Positions 16,764 through 25,015 of a stretch of 39,112 nucleotides of DNA are shown piece after piece (position 1 is the stretch's first letter; every line of letters starts with the position of its first letter). The stretch spans positions 1 through 39,112 of IMG/VR virus record IMGVR_UViG_3300031825_000044; one strand, written 5' to 3'. This DNA comes from a virus. The position numbers and the translations under genes were made by a program. Below the pieces are notes generated by a model. It ran no database searches, was not told the origin of the DNA, and saw only the letters and a list, made by a program, of their open reading frames with translations.

Positions 16764-17338
16764 CAGAACCTCAGATCAATGACAAGGTGGATGCGATCAT
16801 TCGCGCTGTTGTTCAATACTTCATGCTCGATAGCATTCTGAAACCACCACACTTCGCCTTCCCTCATCCATACCGTTTCATCGCCACAGCGGAAGGTGTT
16901 GCCCGGTTCCGACTGGATGACGATGTGATAGCGGTCCCAATATTCGGCATGCCATTTCGAGTCAGCATGCGGGAAAATCTGGCCGCCTGGAATGATGCGA
17001 TTGATCATGCATCGCCCGAGCCGTGTCGCGCCAGTCGCTGTCATCAGCGCCATGATTAGCGCGCGCGCCTCGGGTAGTTCGTTGATCTCTGCGCGCCACG
17101 GGCATTCATGCAGGTCATGGCCAGCAAGTTTGTTCTGTTGATAGAGTTGTAGTTCTTCATCGGTTTCTACCGGCACATGGTCCTGAAACCGAAGATAGAT
17201 CGTGTCCGTCTCACCGAATGGCCCTTGAGGGAACTTGCGCAGAAAATCGTCTGCCTTCCACAGTTCCGGCTTCCTGTAAATAGCATTCAGTAGAGGCTTC
17301 ACATTCATCCCCTCGGCGATTTTCAAGAAGTTGCGCAT
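16763..17338 (-). CDS. cupin-fold Fe(II)/2-oxoglutarate oxygenase, aspartyl/asparaginyl beta-hydroxylase-like (191 aa)
   Basis: IIPGGQIFPHADSKWH...WWFQNAIEHEVLN is a His-x-Asp...His facial-triad arrangement, as in the Asp/Asn beta-hydroxylase (PF05118) family that includes LpxO. It is coupled to its neighbours by 1-nt overlaps at both ends. Confidence 0.65.
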   Translation of the reverse strand: MRNFLKIAEGMNVKPLLNAIYRKPELWKADDFLRKFPQGPFGETDTIYLRFQDHVPVETDEELQLYQQNKLAGHDLHECPWRAEINELPEARALIMALMTATGATRLGRCMINRIIPGGQIFPHADSKWHAEYWDRYHIVIQSEPGNTFRCGDETVWMREGEVWWFQNAIEHEVLNNSANDRIHLVIDLRF

Positions 17339-17679
17339 CAGCGGATGCCCCCGACTTGATAGACCTCACTTGCAGTCGGCGTGATCGGCGTCCCCGTATT
17401 GTTCGAGAACGTGACAGCGATCTGGTTCGAAGCGCTGGCCCGCACGTTGACGATGCCGAGTCCTGCCTGTGCAGTTGGCTTGCTCACGTACACCACATCA
17501 CCCACGCGCACACCAGCCACCGTGAAAGTCTGTTCGGCAGTCGTATTCGCTGCGACCTGTGCAGGCGAGAGCGTCACGTTGATGCGATAGATCGAAGTCA
17601 CCTTATCAGCCGGTGCCTCAGTAAAAGACAGCGACGCGACAGTAGGTTCATCGGTGGCCACGCCAAGGAATTTAGTCAT
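17338..17679 (-). CDS. hypothetical virion-module protein (113 aa)
   Basis: Track ORF. The N-terminus MTKFLGVATDEP is shared with the 178-aa protein at 17847..18383. Confidence 0.7.
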   Translation of the reverse strand: MTKFLGVATDEPTVASLSFTEAPADKVTSIYRINVTLSPAQVAANTTAEQTFTVAGVRVGDVVYVSKPTAQAGLGIVNVRASASNQIAVTFSNNTGTPITPTASEVYQVGGIR

Positions 17680-17682
17680 CGT

Positions 17683-17850
17683 TTAACTCCCAGAGATTTC
17701 GTTCTGCGGCACCATCTCGCCACGCTGATACACCGTGTACGCTTGCCCATCGCAGACGATGGCGATGGCGTCTGCGGGAAAGGGTTGCGTTGGGGCCAGA
17801 AGCAGGTCATCGCCCTTCGCGCCGATGTTCACTACCGGGATCTGGATCAT
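17683..17850 (-). CDS. small hypothetical protein (55 aa), not in the ORF track
   Basis: ATG 17850 overlaps the upstream TGA (ATGA). MIQIPVVNIGAKGDDLLLAPTQPFPADAIAIVCDGQAYTVYQRGEMVPQNEISGS. TAA is at 17683-17685, 3 nt before the next start. It fills an otherwise empty gap. Confidence 0.6.
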   Translation of the reverse strand: MIQIPVVNIGAKGDDLLLAPTQPFPADAIAIVCDGQAYTVYQRGEMVPQNEISGS

Positions 17851-18383
17851 GGGTTCAGCAACTCCACGGTGTAGGACTCCAACGTAAGTGTGTCGGTACT
17901 GACGGCCAAGGTCCCGGTGATCGTCAGGTTTTGTGCTGCCGACATGTCAACGGTGGTGGCAACCACAGTGCCGGTTGACCCGGCGAACGAATTGCTTCCA
18001 CCCGCCCCGGATACTTGGTTCGCCATCGAATTGCGCGCGCGCGTATTTACCTGATGCTGCAGACTGGCGGATGCAGAATTTCCGAAGAAACCGATGGTGG
18101 TTCCTCCCAATCGAATCGTCCCGGTCTTCGTGTTGGCGTTATTTGTCATCGACCATTGCGTCGTGACGCGCAAGGCGCCGCTCAGGCCCATCGCCCCGGC
18201 CGGGATCGGGATCGTCGCGAAGACCGTCTCGGACGTGGTGCCCGTCACCGACGCGGGGACGGCGGATTGGGCGAGGACGAGCGATACACCGCTAGTACGC
18301 GCAATGCGACCACCAGTCATCTGCGGATTGAGTAACGTAGCCCCTTCGATGGGATCAACTGCGACACCTAGAAACCTAGTCAT
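17847..18383 (-). CDS. hypothetical virion-module protein (178 aa)
   Basis: Track ORF. N-terminus is MTRFLGVAVDPIEG. It is T/S/G-rich and beta-type. Confidence 0.7.
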   Translation of the reverse strand: MTRFLGVAVDPIEGATLLNPQMTGGRIARTSGVSLVLAQSAVPASVTGTTSETVFATIPIPAGAMGLSGALRVTTQWSMTNNANTKTGTIRLGGTTIGFFGNSASASLQHQVNTRARNSMANQVSGAGGSNSFAGSTGTVVATTVDMSAAQNLTITGTLAVSTDTLTLESYTVELLNP

Positions 18384-18386
18384 AGA

Positions 18387-18728
18387 TCAGCTCCCAGAAG
18401 TTTCATAAACGCCACCCATGATCGTCACGGCAGTTGCTGTATCAGCCAATGCCTGAAGGGTCATGCCGGGCTCTAGTTGCAGACCGATACATTGCGGCGG
18501 CACATAGGTCTGTCCCGGGGGCAGTGAATAGGCGGACACGAGCATGTTGCCCGCAGAAGCGGAGCCGCTCGAGGGAACGCGATGTACCGTTACCTTGACA
18601 ACACCCGCCGTTGTATTGGTAAACGACAGGTTATTGACGGTCCCGACCGTTCCGGATGGCGCCGTGTAATATGGGGCCGCCGAGGTGGTCAGTTGTGCCG
18701 CGAGGATTGCCTTCGGAATCCGTTGCAT
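18387..18728 (-). CDS. hypothetical virion-module protein (113 aa)
   Basis: Track ORF, 3 nt from both neighbours. Confidence 0.7.
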   Translation of the reverse strand: MQRIPKAILAAQLTTSAAPYYTAPSGTVGTVNNLSFTNTTAGVVKVTVHRVPSSGSASAGNMLVSAYSLPPGQTYVPPQCIGLQLEPGMTLQALADTATAVTIMGGVYETSGS

Positions 18729-18731
18729 TTG

Positions 18732-19274
18732 TTACCCCAACAGTAAGCCCTTGATGTAGACCTTCGTCACACCAACAGGAATCGGTGCGGTGAATGTCAA
18801 TGTCAGGCCCACAAGAGAAGAAATCTGGTCATCGCCTTGAAACACGCCATCGAAGTACACCCATAGCCGCGGAATAGCGCCAAAGACCTTTGTCAGTGTC
18901 AGCGCTGTCGTTGTGCCAGGCGTGAAGTCGGTACCTGCCGTGAACGTCTTATCCACGATGTCGACCTGCACGCCCGCGGGCGCGAAGATCATTTCTAGCA
19001 GTGCTTCTTGGCGGTTCGGTTGCGCCAGCGTTGCCTCGGTGGCCAATACATCGCGCGCCGTGTCAGTAGATCCAGCAATGCCAAAGGTCTGTTCCACGCT
19101 GAACACATCATCCAATGTGATGCTTGTAGGCGTGTCTCCGCCGCCACCACCAGTCCGACGCCAAAGTTGTATCAGGAACAGCAACCATGCCTCCGTAATG
19201 ACGCCGGTCTTTGGATCGGCAATCGGCGCATTCACGAGAGGAACGTCACTTTGCAGGTTAGCCACGACTGTCAC
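18732..19274 (-). CDS. tail-associated protein (180 aa) sharing a module of about 65 aa with the tailspike
   Basis: A GTG start at 19274 overlaps the upstream TGA (GTGA). The track ORF extends to 19337 inside the upstream gene. The C-terminus FTAGTDFTPGTTTALTLT...WVYFDGVFQGDDQISSL...PIPVGV parallels tailspike residues FIAGVDFTPGVTTTLTLS...WIFFDGVFQADDQVKSL...PIPIGV. Confidence 0.6.
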   Translation of the reverse strand: MTVVANLQSDVPLVNAPIADPKTGVITEAWLLFLIQLWRRTGGGGGDTPTSITLDDVFSVEQTFGIAGSTDTARDVLATEATLAQPNRQEALLEMIFAPAGVQVDIVDKTFTAGTDFTPGTTTALTLTKVFGAIPRLWVYFDGVFQGDDQISSLVGLTLTFTAPIPVGVTKVYIKGLLLG

Positions 19275-20695
19275 TCGTTGTTCTTGTTGACCTGAACCCA
19301 AGCACCCGATAGCGCTGTGCGCACCGGCGCTGACCACCAGAGCTCAAATACTCGGTCGCGGGCCATCCCAAGCCGCTGGAATTGCAGTGATTTGATGTAC
19401 TCCCCTTCTCGGCCTAGGCTCGTCTCGATAGCATTCCCCCATGACTTGCCGCGGGTGTCGCTCCAGCGAAGATACAGAGGCACTTCGACGTTGCCCGCGC
19501 CATTGCCCACTTCCATGTCGGCAATGAATTCGCGATAGCTCAGGCGACTGGAATCATCATCCACGCCGTGATAGAAGCCGCGTAGCCGTGGAATCGGCTG
19601 TCCATTGTCCAGATAGACCTCTGGCTCTACTGCATAGAGATTGCCATTCTCGAAATCTCCCACGATGCGGCGCCCATATAACAGGGCATAGCAGTTGGAG
19701 CGATGGCGCTGGAACTCGCCGTTCTCGTCGATAGACAGCCATTCGCACCATTGCTCGGTAGACAGGTCATAGCACCATGTCTTCTGCGCCGATGGGAAGG
19801 TGATCACATAGAAGGTATGGCCAAGACTTTGGAAGGTGTAAGCGAAGGCATCGTCCACCGTGTCATAGCCAGCGATCTCGTTGTCCATCGCGAACGTGGA
19901 AATCTTCGTTGCCTGAAACTGTTGAGCACGGCAAATGATCCGGTCGCCTTGCTCCGAGCGCGCGAGCCAACAGAAATCTCCATCCATCTGTGCGATGGTA
20001 TTGGCATTCATGCATCCATACTGCATGAACACACCCGGCAGGCGCTCGAATGGAAATGCCGTGTTACCGGCGTTGAACCACACTTCGCTAGTCAGTTGGC
20101 CAAAGAGATAGAGGTAGCGGCGCGCGACACCGACACCAACCACCTTGTCAGGGAATCCATTCTTGGATGCGAAATCAGTCGCGTCGAAGCTTGCCTGATT
20201 GTTCAGCGAGATATACCACTGGCTGGTATTGGGTCGATTGAGGACAAAGAACCCATCCACCATATCGATGTAGTCAGCGCCGTAGAACGCACCCTGATTG
20301 ATCAGCGCGAACGAATCATCAGCCAGCGTCACCTGATAGCCGTTCGGCGTGCCGTCGACCACGATCAGAGTCGTGCCGTTGTCGACCATATGCACGATGC
20401 CTTGGTACGATCCAAGTTGCCCAAGGACAGTCAATGACATATCGGAGGAAATGGCATACATCGTGTCGCCGCAGACTCCATAGCCGCGGTCATTGGTCGC
20501 CCAATAGAGCCCTCGCCAGCCGCTGGCGGTCTCTGGACTTGCTTGCGCAACTCGAAGCAGACCCGGCATTGGGTACAGCATGTACGGAAACGGGGAGTCC
20601 TTCGGGTTCGGCTCCATATACAGGTTCACCGACCGTTGAGCGCTCGCCAACACACTGCGCGCTTCGTATGCCCCAATCGTGAGCGCGGCTTTCAT
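19271..20695 (-). CDS. P22 gp10-like packaged-DNA stabilisation / tail hub protein (474 aa)
   Basis: Size (P22 gp10 is 472 aa), position after the adaptor, and the C-terminal pattern QFQRLGMARDRVFELWW...ALSGAWVQV, which compares with P22 LWKRVGRIRRLIGFKL...TLSGCQIRL. Confidence 0.7.
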   Translation of the reverse strand: MKAALTIGAYEARSVLASAQRSVNLYMEPNPKDSPFPYMLYPMPGLLRVAQASPETASGWRGLYWATNDRGYGVCGDTMYAISSDMSLTVLGQLGSYQGIVHMVDNGTTLIVVDGTPNGYQVTLADDSFALINQGAFYGADYIDMVDGFFVLNRPNTSQWYISLNNQASFDATDFASKNGFPDKVVGVGVARRYLYLFGQLTSEVWFNAGNTAFPFERLPGVFMQYGCMNANTIAQMDGDFCWLARSEQGDRIICRAQQFQATKISTFAMDNEIAGYDTVDDAFAYTFQSLGHTFYVITFPSAQKTWCYDLSTEQWCEWLSIDENGEFQRHRSNCYALLYGRRIVGDFENGNLYAVEPEVYLDNGQPIPRLRGFYHGVDDDSSRLSYREFIADMEVGNGAGNVEVPLYLRWSDTRGKSWGNAIETSLGREGEYIKSLQFQRLGMARDRVFELWWSAPVRTALSGAWVQVNKNNE

Positions 20696-21438
20696 GGCCC
20701 ATTGCTCCCGATATAGAAGTCACCGTAAATGTTGTATGTGCCACTCGCAGCCCGCAGTGCGGCTGGCATCTGCAACTGCGGGATCTGCGCATTGGCTTCC
20801 TCGATGATGCGCATGGAGGCTTCTGCCTTTCCCTTCACCACGTCGCTGACCGGCAAGCCATAGAATGGGTACAGTTCCAGCGTCAGATTCCACATGAGCG
20901 CCGCTTTATACTCAGGGGGCAAGATGATTTGATCGCTCAGATTCACAAACTGCTGAATCTGCTGCATGACCACGATGTGGATTTCGTACTGATCGTTGGG
21001 GATCGGCCAGACATAGAGATTGCCCAGCGGGTTGCCGCCATCGTAGAAAGCAAACTGCGGGAAGGCGTTCAACGTCTTGATGCTGATCCGGCTGTAGTCC
21101 TCGCGCGCGCGAAGGATCTCAAGCGGATAATCCACAGGCAACGGGGTGGCCACGTTCTGCCGAAAGTAGGCGAACTCGAGCTTGGAAGGTCGCGGCATGT
21201 TGAAATCTCCGCCCGGACCCACCGTGTAGGATTGCTGTCCTGTGGCCTGTTTCGCCGAATCGATCAACTGATAGACCATGTAACGACGGCGCTGCCACTG
21301 CGCCATCATCATGTTCAGCAAATTGAAACTGTCGTTCGTATCCTCTGCCGACGCGGTTTGCCCCACGCCGAGGACGTTGGCCGTCTTCAGCGCAAGGTTG
21401 ATGATGTCGCGGGGGGTTGTCGGCAGAGGACTGGACAT
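20692..21438 (-). CDS. putative head-to-tail adaptor (248 aa; occupies the P22 gp4 position)
   Basis: Track ORF. DIINLALKTANVLGVGQTASAEDTNDSFNLLNMMMAQW is a pattern I associate with podovirus adaptor/head-completion proteins. It is ATGA-coupled to the gp10-like gene. Confidence 0.55.
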   Translation of the reverse strand: MSSPLPTTPRDIINLALKTANVLGVGQTASAEDTNDSFNLLNMMMAQWQRRRYMVYQLIDSAKQATGQQSYTVGPGGDFNMPRPSKLEFAYFRQNVATPLPVDYPLEILRAREDYSRISIKTLNAFPQFAFYDGGNPLGNLYVWPIPNDQYEIHIVVMQQIQQFVNLSDQIILPPEYKAALMWNLTLELYPFYGLPVSDVVKGKAEASMRIIEEANAQIPQLQMPAALRAASGTYNIYGDFYIGSNGP

Positions 21439-21439
21439 G

Positions 21440-21838
21440 TTAGTGAGAGGTCCAGGCAGAGCCGTTGCACACCACTGGCACTGTCACAGCGCCGCCGCCA
21501 GTCAAGGATGCGTTGTAAGTAGGCGACGTTGCATCGGTCACGACCAGCAGCAGGGCTTTCGAGGATGCATTGCACGTGGGCAGCGTGGCCACCGTGAACT
21601 GTGCGGGTTGCATCTGCACGCTCGCACCGTTCTGGGTGCTCAGAGAACCCGCGCAGAACGGGAGTGCGGAGCCAACGCTATTGCCGGCGCCATCGTAAAA
21701 CGTGCTGCCCTGCTTGAAGTAGGTACCGCACTGGTTAGTGATGGTCTGGAATGCTGCGGTTGGTACGAATTGCGCATTGGCTGCCATCGAGAGGCAGACG
21801 CCAATGGCAAGCGCCGTCAGGGAAAGAATCTTTTTCAT
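21440..21838 (-). CDS. secreted Cys-containing protein (132 aa) inside the head-tail operon
   Basis: MKKILSLTALAIGVCLSMAANA|QF is a Sec-type signal peptide. The mature part has four Cys. AGGAG lies 7 nt upstream, and its stop is 1 nt from the next start. Confidence 0.7.
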   Translation of the reverse strand: MKKILSLTALAIGVCLSMAANAQFVPTAAFQTITNQCGTYFKQGSTFYDGAGNSVGSALPFCAGSLSTQNGASVQMQPAQFTVATLPTCNASSKALLLVVTDATSPTYNASLTGGGAVTVPVVCNGSAWTSH

Positions 21839-21852
21839 GATGAGGCTCCTGT

Positions 21853-22122
21853 TCAGGATTTCGCTTCAGAGATGAGTTGTTTCAGCTTTTCCACGCCGGT
21901 GTTGGCATGCGGATCCAGCCCTAGTGCACGCGCTTGCTCGAGCAGTGCAGCCTTGTCGGCTTGTGCAGTGGCGTCGCCCTCTTGCTCAGGCTCTTTCGGG
22001 CCGACGACAACAGCTTCTTCCTCCGCGCTGTTGACCAGCAACATCGAGCCATCGGCCAACGTCACCCACTTCGGGAACTCTTGAAACACATACTCGGAGG
22101 TGAATTCGCGGTTGTTGTGCAT
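21853..22122 (-). CDS. hypothetical protein (89 aa) with a HeH/Rho-N-like C-terminal helix pair
   Basis: Track ORF with AAGGAA upstream. The C-terminus is KAALLEQARALGLDPHANTGVEKLKQLISEAKS. Confidence 0.65.
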   Translation of the reverse strand: MHNNREFTSEYVFQEFPKWVTLADGSMLLVNSAEEEAVVVGPKEPEQEGDATAQADKAALLEQARALGLDPHANTGVEKLKQLISEAKS

Positions 22123-22135
22123 GACTGCTTTCCTT

Positions 22136-22169
22136 CGAAAACAGGGGCGCCCCCGTTAAGAGACGCCCC
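22136..22169 (-). terminator. intrinsic terminator/attenuator just downstream of the coat gene
   Basis: The minus strand reads GGGGCG-TCTCTTAACGGGGG-CGCCCC followed by TGTTTTCG. It sits between the coat stop (22212) and the next ATG (22122). Confidence 0.6.
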
Positions 22170-22211
22170 AAATCCCACACATCGAGGAGGAGATGCCCGG
22201 GACGGAGCGCG

Positions 22212-23414
22212 TTACAGAACGTCGGCGACGGCGACGGCCCATTCCGGACGGATTGCAGCGAAGCCGTAGAGAATGTCCAGGCGCGTGATCAGGCTGTCCG
22301 ACATCACGTCGTATGCTTCGATCATCCGCATGGACACCCCGTCGAACATCGCGCGCGCGGACGACACCACGCCAGCAGTCGGCATTTCGAGGTCGGCAGT
22401 CGCCAGCGTGAAGGCTTCCGGATAGAAGGCCAAGTTCTGGCGGTACTGCGCGCTGGCGGGAAGCACAAGCGAGATCGGCGCGGTGTTCCCCGGCGAAGCG
22501 GTCACGGTGTTGAATGCCGCGGGCGCAGGCACGATGGCCGGATAGATCGGAATCGAAGTCGCGCCACTGTTGACGTTCGCAGTCACCACGAACTGACGCA
22601 GGACACCTTGCGTCTGGCCAGTCAGTCGGTTGATCGCGTTCACCCCCTGGATGGTGATGATGTCGCCCTTATTCAGGGTGCCCGTGATCGCATTGACCGT
22701 CAGGGTATTACCCGTCTGGCCAGCACCGGCGACCGTACCCGCAGTGAACGTGCCGTTGGTGTGGATCTGCACCGTCTGGTCGTCATACCAGTCGAAGCCC
22801 AGCGTATCGCTGGTGATCATGCCAGTCTCGTACTGGTCGCTGATCTTCTTCTGGGGATTAAGCAGCCCCGCCAGCGTGGGAATGGTGCGTGCCTCGGTCA
22901 GCATGTCGAGGATGATCGTGCGATCCATCCGCGGCGCGAGGTTGTTGGAAAGTTTCGCGCCCGCATCAAGCCACGTGCCCATGTCCGGAGAAACCAGATT
23001 GCCGGAACCATCGACCTTGTACGACAGGTTCGCTGCGGCATTGCCCACGGTGATCAGGTCGGCCGCCATCGTGGCAGCTAGGCGATTCACTGCCGGCGCC
23101 AGGATGCGCTCGCTGAAGTCATCGAGGCTCATCGTCTTCTCGGCGGTGCCGAAGGAAACGGGAACATTCTTCTGACTGGCGACCGTGAGGGTCGTATTCT
23201 GTTCGTTGGTGCCCTGCGGCGTGATGGCCGGCCCGTTGTTCACGACATAATCGTTGGGCAGGCGGATGCGCAGGGTATTACCGATCTTGGCGCCCGTGCG
23301 GGCGAATTGGTCGTCGTATTGACGGTCGACACGACGCAGGAAGGCGTTCGTCTGCGTGAACAGGCGCACGGCTTCGTTGGTGATCATGTCGATTGTGAGC
23401 AGGCTATTGGCCAC
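22212..23414 (-). CDS. major capsid protein, P22-coat-like family (400 aa from the GTG start)
   Basis: (M)ANSLLTIDMITNEAVRLF...VDRQYDDQFARTGAKIGNTLRIRLPNDY matches the N-terminal pattern of the P22_CoatProtein-type family. GTG 23414 has GGAG 7 nt upstream. The track start 23495 is a TTG codon. Confidence 0.85.
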   Translation of the reverse strand: MANSLLTIDMITNEAVRLFTQTNAFLRRVDRQYDDQFARTGAKIGNTLRIRLPNDYVVNNGPAITPQGTNEQNTTLTVASQKNVPVSFGTAEKTMSLDDFSERILAPAVNRLAATMAADLITVGNAAANLSYKVDGSGNLVSPDMGTWLDAGAKLSNNLAPRMDRTIILDMLTEARTIPTLAGLLNPQKKISDQYETGMITSDTLGFDWYDDQTVQIHTNGTFTAGTVAGAGQTGNTLTVNAITGTLNKGDIITIQGVNAINRLTGQTQGVLRQFVVTANVNSGATSIPIYPAIVPAPAAFNTVTASPGNTAPISLVLPASAQYRQNLAFYPEAFTLATADLEMPTAGVVSSARAMFDGVSMRMIEAYDVMSDSLITRLDILYGFAAIRPEWAVAVADVL

Positions 23415-23638
23415 GTTGGCACTCCAATCGAGAGACAGGGAACGAAGGAGCGGTGCTTGCGCATCCGCGACTTGTCTCTGCCCTGCGGAGACCAACTTGA
23501 CGGGCCAATCCAGCGATTGACGGCTCGCTTATGCCTGAAAACCCATTCGCATGAGTCTAATCACTCACAAAATTTAGGATTTGAGCAATTTCATGCCAAG
23601 TAACTGCAAAATAGTAGATTTCTTGTGTGATGTCAATG

Positions 23639-24175
23639 TCAGTCTGGCATGTCCGGCCAGTGCCGGTTGCCCTTCTTGCTATTTTGGCTGTGGGTCAGAA
23701 CTTGGAGATTGGCTTCGCAATGAAGCCCGCATACGATCTCATTGCGTATTGGCACAATATGATCGACGTGATATCTCGCCCCGGTTGCTCGTGAGAGTTC
23801 TGCTGCAGCCTGATAGATTGCCTTCATGGCCTCCATATCTGCCCACACTGGAATCGCGTCTCTTTGAATGGTCGCTATGCGGGCTGTTTGATTTGCCTGA
23901 CCGAGATTTGCATTCTTCCATGCCAAGGAACGAGAACGCTCCTTCGCTTGGTTCTTGGCATAGTTCGTCCTTTTCCTATCCAATACTGACTCTCGATTCT
24001 GGAGATGCCATTCCCTCGATTGCGCGAGTAGTTCTTCGCGCTTCTCTGAATATCTCTTTGCCGCGCGCTCTTTGACGCATGTTCTGCAATACCTCTGGTG
24101 TCCATCCTTCCGGGATGATTCTTTATTGAACTCTTCCAAAGGCTTATCAAGTCGGCAGCATGAGCAAGTCTTCAT
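23639..24175 (-). CDS. HNH endonuclease (178 aa), free-standing insertion between the scaffold and coat genes
   Basis: An N-terminal Cys cluster (CSCC...CRTC), then YHVDHIVPIRNEIVCGLHCEANLQVLTHSQNSKKGN, which is the H-N-H motif. It is flanked by non-coding A/T-rich gaps (23415-23638, 24176-24235). The track start 24187 is TTG; the first ATG is at 24175. Confidence 0.85.
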   Translation of the reverse strand: MKTCSCCRLDKPLEEFNKESSRKDGHQRYCRTCVKERAAKRYSEKREELLAQSREWHLQNRESVLDRKRTNYAKNQAKERSRSLAWKNANLGQANQTARIATIQRDAIPVWADMEAMKAIYQAAAELSRATGARYHVDHIVPIRNEIVCGLHCEANLQVLTHSQNSKKGNRHWPDMPD

Positions 24176-24188
24176 GTCGATATCCAAA

Positions 24189-24222
24189 GTGGTTTTAACT
24201 AAGTTAATTATAGTAAAACCAC
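24189..24222 (-). other. 9-bp-stem hairpin between the scaffold stop and the HNH start
   Basis: GTGGTTTTA (24189-24197) pairs with TAAAACCAC (24214-24222) across a 16-nt A/T loop. On the minus strand it is followed by TTTGG. It could be a weak terminator or a processing site. Confidence 0.35.
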
Positions 24223-24235
24223 TGTGAATTTGTAT

Positions 24236-24991
24236 TTAATGACGGCGCCGACGTGCCGTTTTATTTCTGTATTCGAACCATTCCGGCGTGCCCATCTTGG
24301 GTTCCGAACCACCACTACCGCCGCTCGAGCCACCATCGACTCCCTCAACCGGAGGGGGCGCTTTCGAGACTTGCTTGGTCATTTCCTTGGCCGCACGCCC
24401 AGCGAGTTTCGTCATCTCAATTCCCATTTGCATGGGCGAAAGGCCCATCACACGCATGGCCTCACCCAAATTCTCAGACTTGCCGAGCCATGTCACGAGC
24501 TTTTCCGGGTTCGGCACGCTAGTGATGACCGACAGGAATTCGGGGCCGCCAATGCCGGCCATCGTCAGGTTCTGCACCGACGTGTCATAGTCAGCGCCGA
24601 ACTCCTTACGCGCTGCGGCATCAACCTCCGCAATGCGGCTGCTGGTCTGCTGCTCGGCCATGCGCTGCTGAATCATCTGCTCGGCATAGGTACGCGCGAG
24701 CTGTTCGACATTCGGATGCTGCTGGGTGGCCATAACCGGGGTGGTTTCTGACCCATCACCGGGCTGTCCGGCCTGTAGTGCAGCTAGTTGCTGTTGCAGG
24801 CGCGCATTCTCAGCTGCGATCTGCTCAGCGCGTTGTTCTGCTGCTCGGCGCGCCGCCGCCAGTTCGCCCATGCGCTTCGGCACCCATTCAGGCGGCTGCG
24901 CATTCTGATTTGGCTGCTGCGTATCTTGGAGCGCGCCATCGTTCGGTGCGGCAACCGTTTCAGTCGATGTCGTTTCTACTACTTGGTCCAT
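24236..24991 (-). CDS. scaffolding protein (251 aa)
   Basis: It lies between portal and coat. It is helical and Gln/Ala/Glu-rich (AAARRAAEQRAEQIAAENARLQQQLAALQAGQ). GAGGAAAA lies upstream of the ATG. Confidence 0.75.
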   Translation of the reverse strand: MDQVVETTSTETVAAPNDGALQDTQQPNQNAQPPEWVPKRMGELAAARRAAEQRAEQIAAENARLQQQLAALQAGQPGDGSETTPVMATQQHPNVEQLARTYAEQMIQQRMAEQQTSSRIAEVDAAARKEFGADYDTSVQNLTMAGIGGPEFLSVITSVPNPEKLVTWLGKSENLGEAMRVMGLSPMQMGIEMTKLAGRAAKEMTKQVSKAPPPVEGVDGGSSGGSGGSEPKMGTPEWFEYRNKTARRRRH

Positions 24992-25015
24992 GATTTTCCT
25001 CGATTGATGGGCGGT

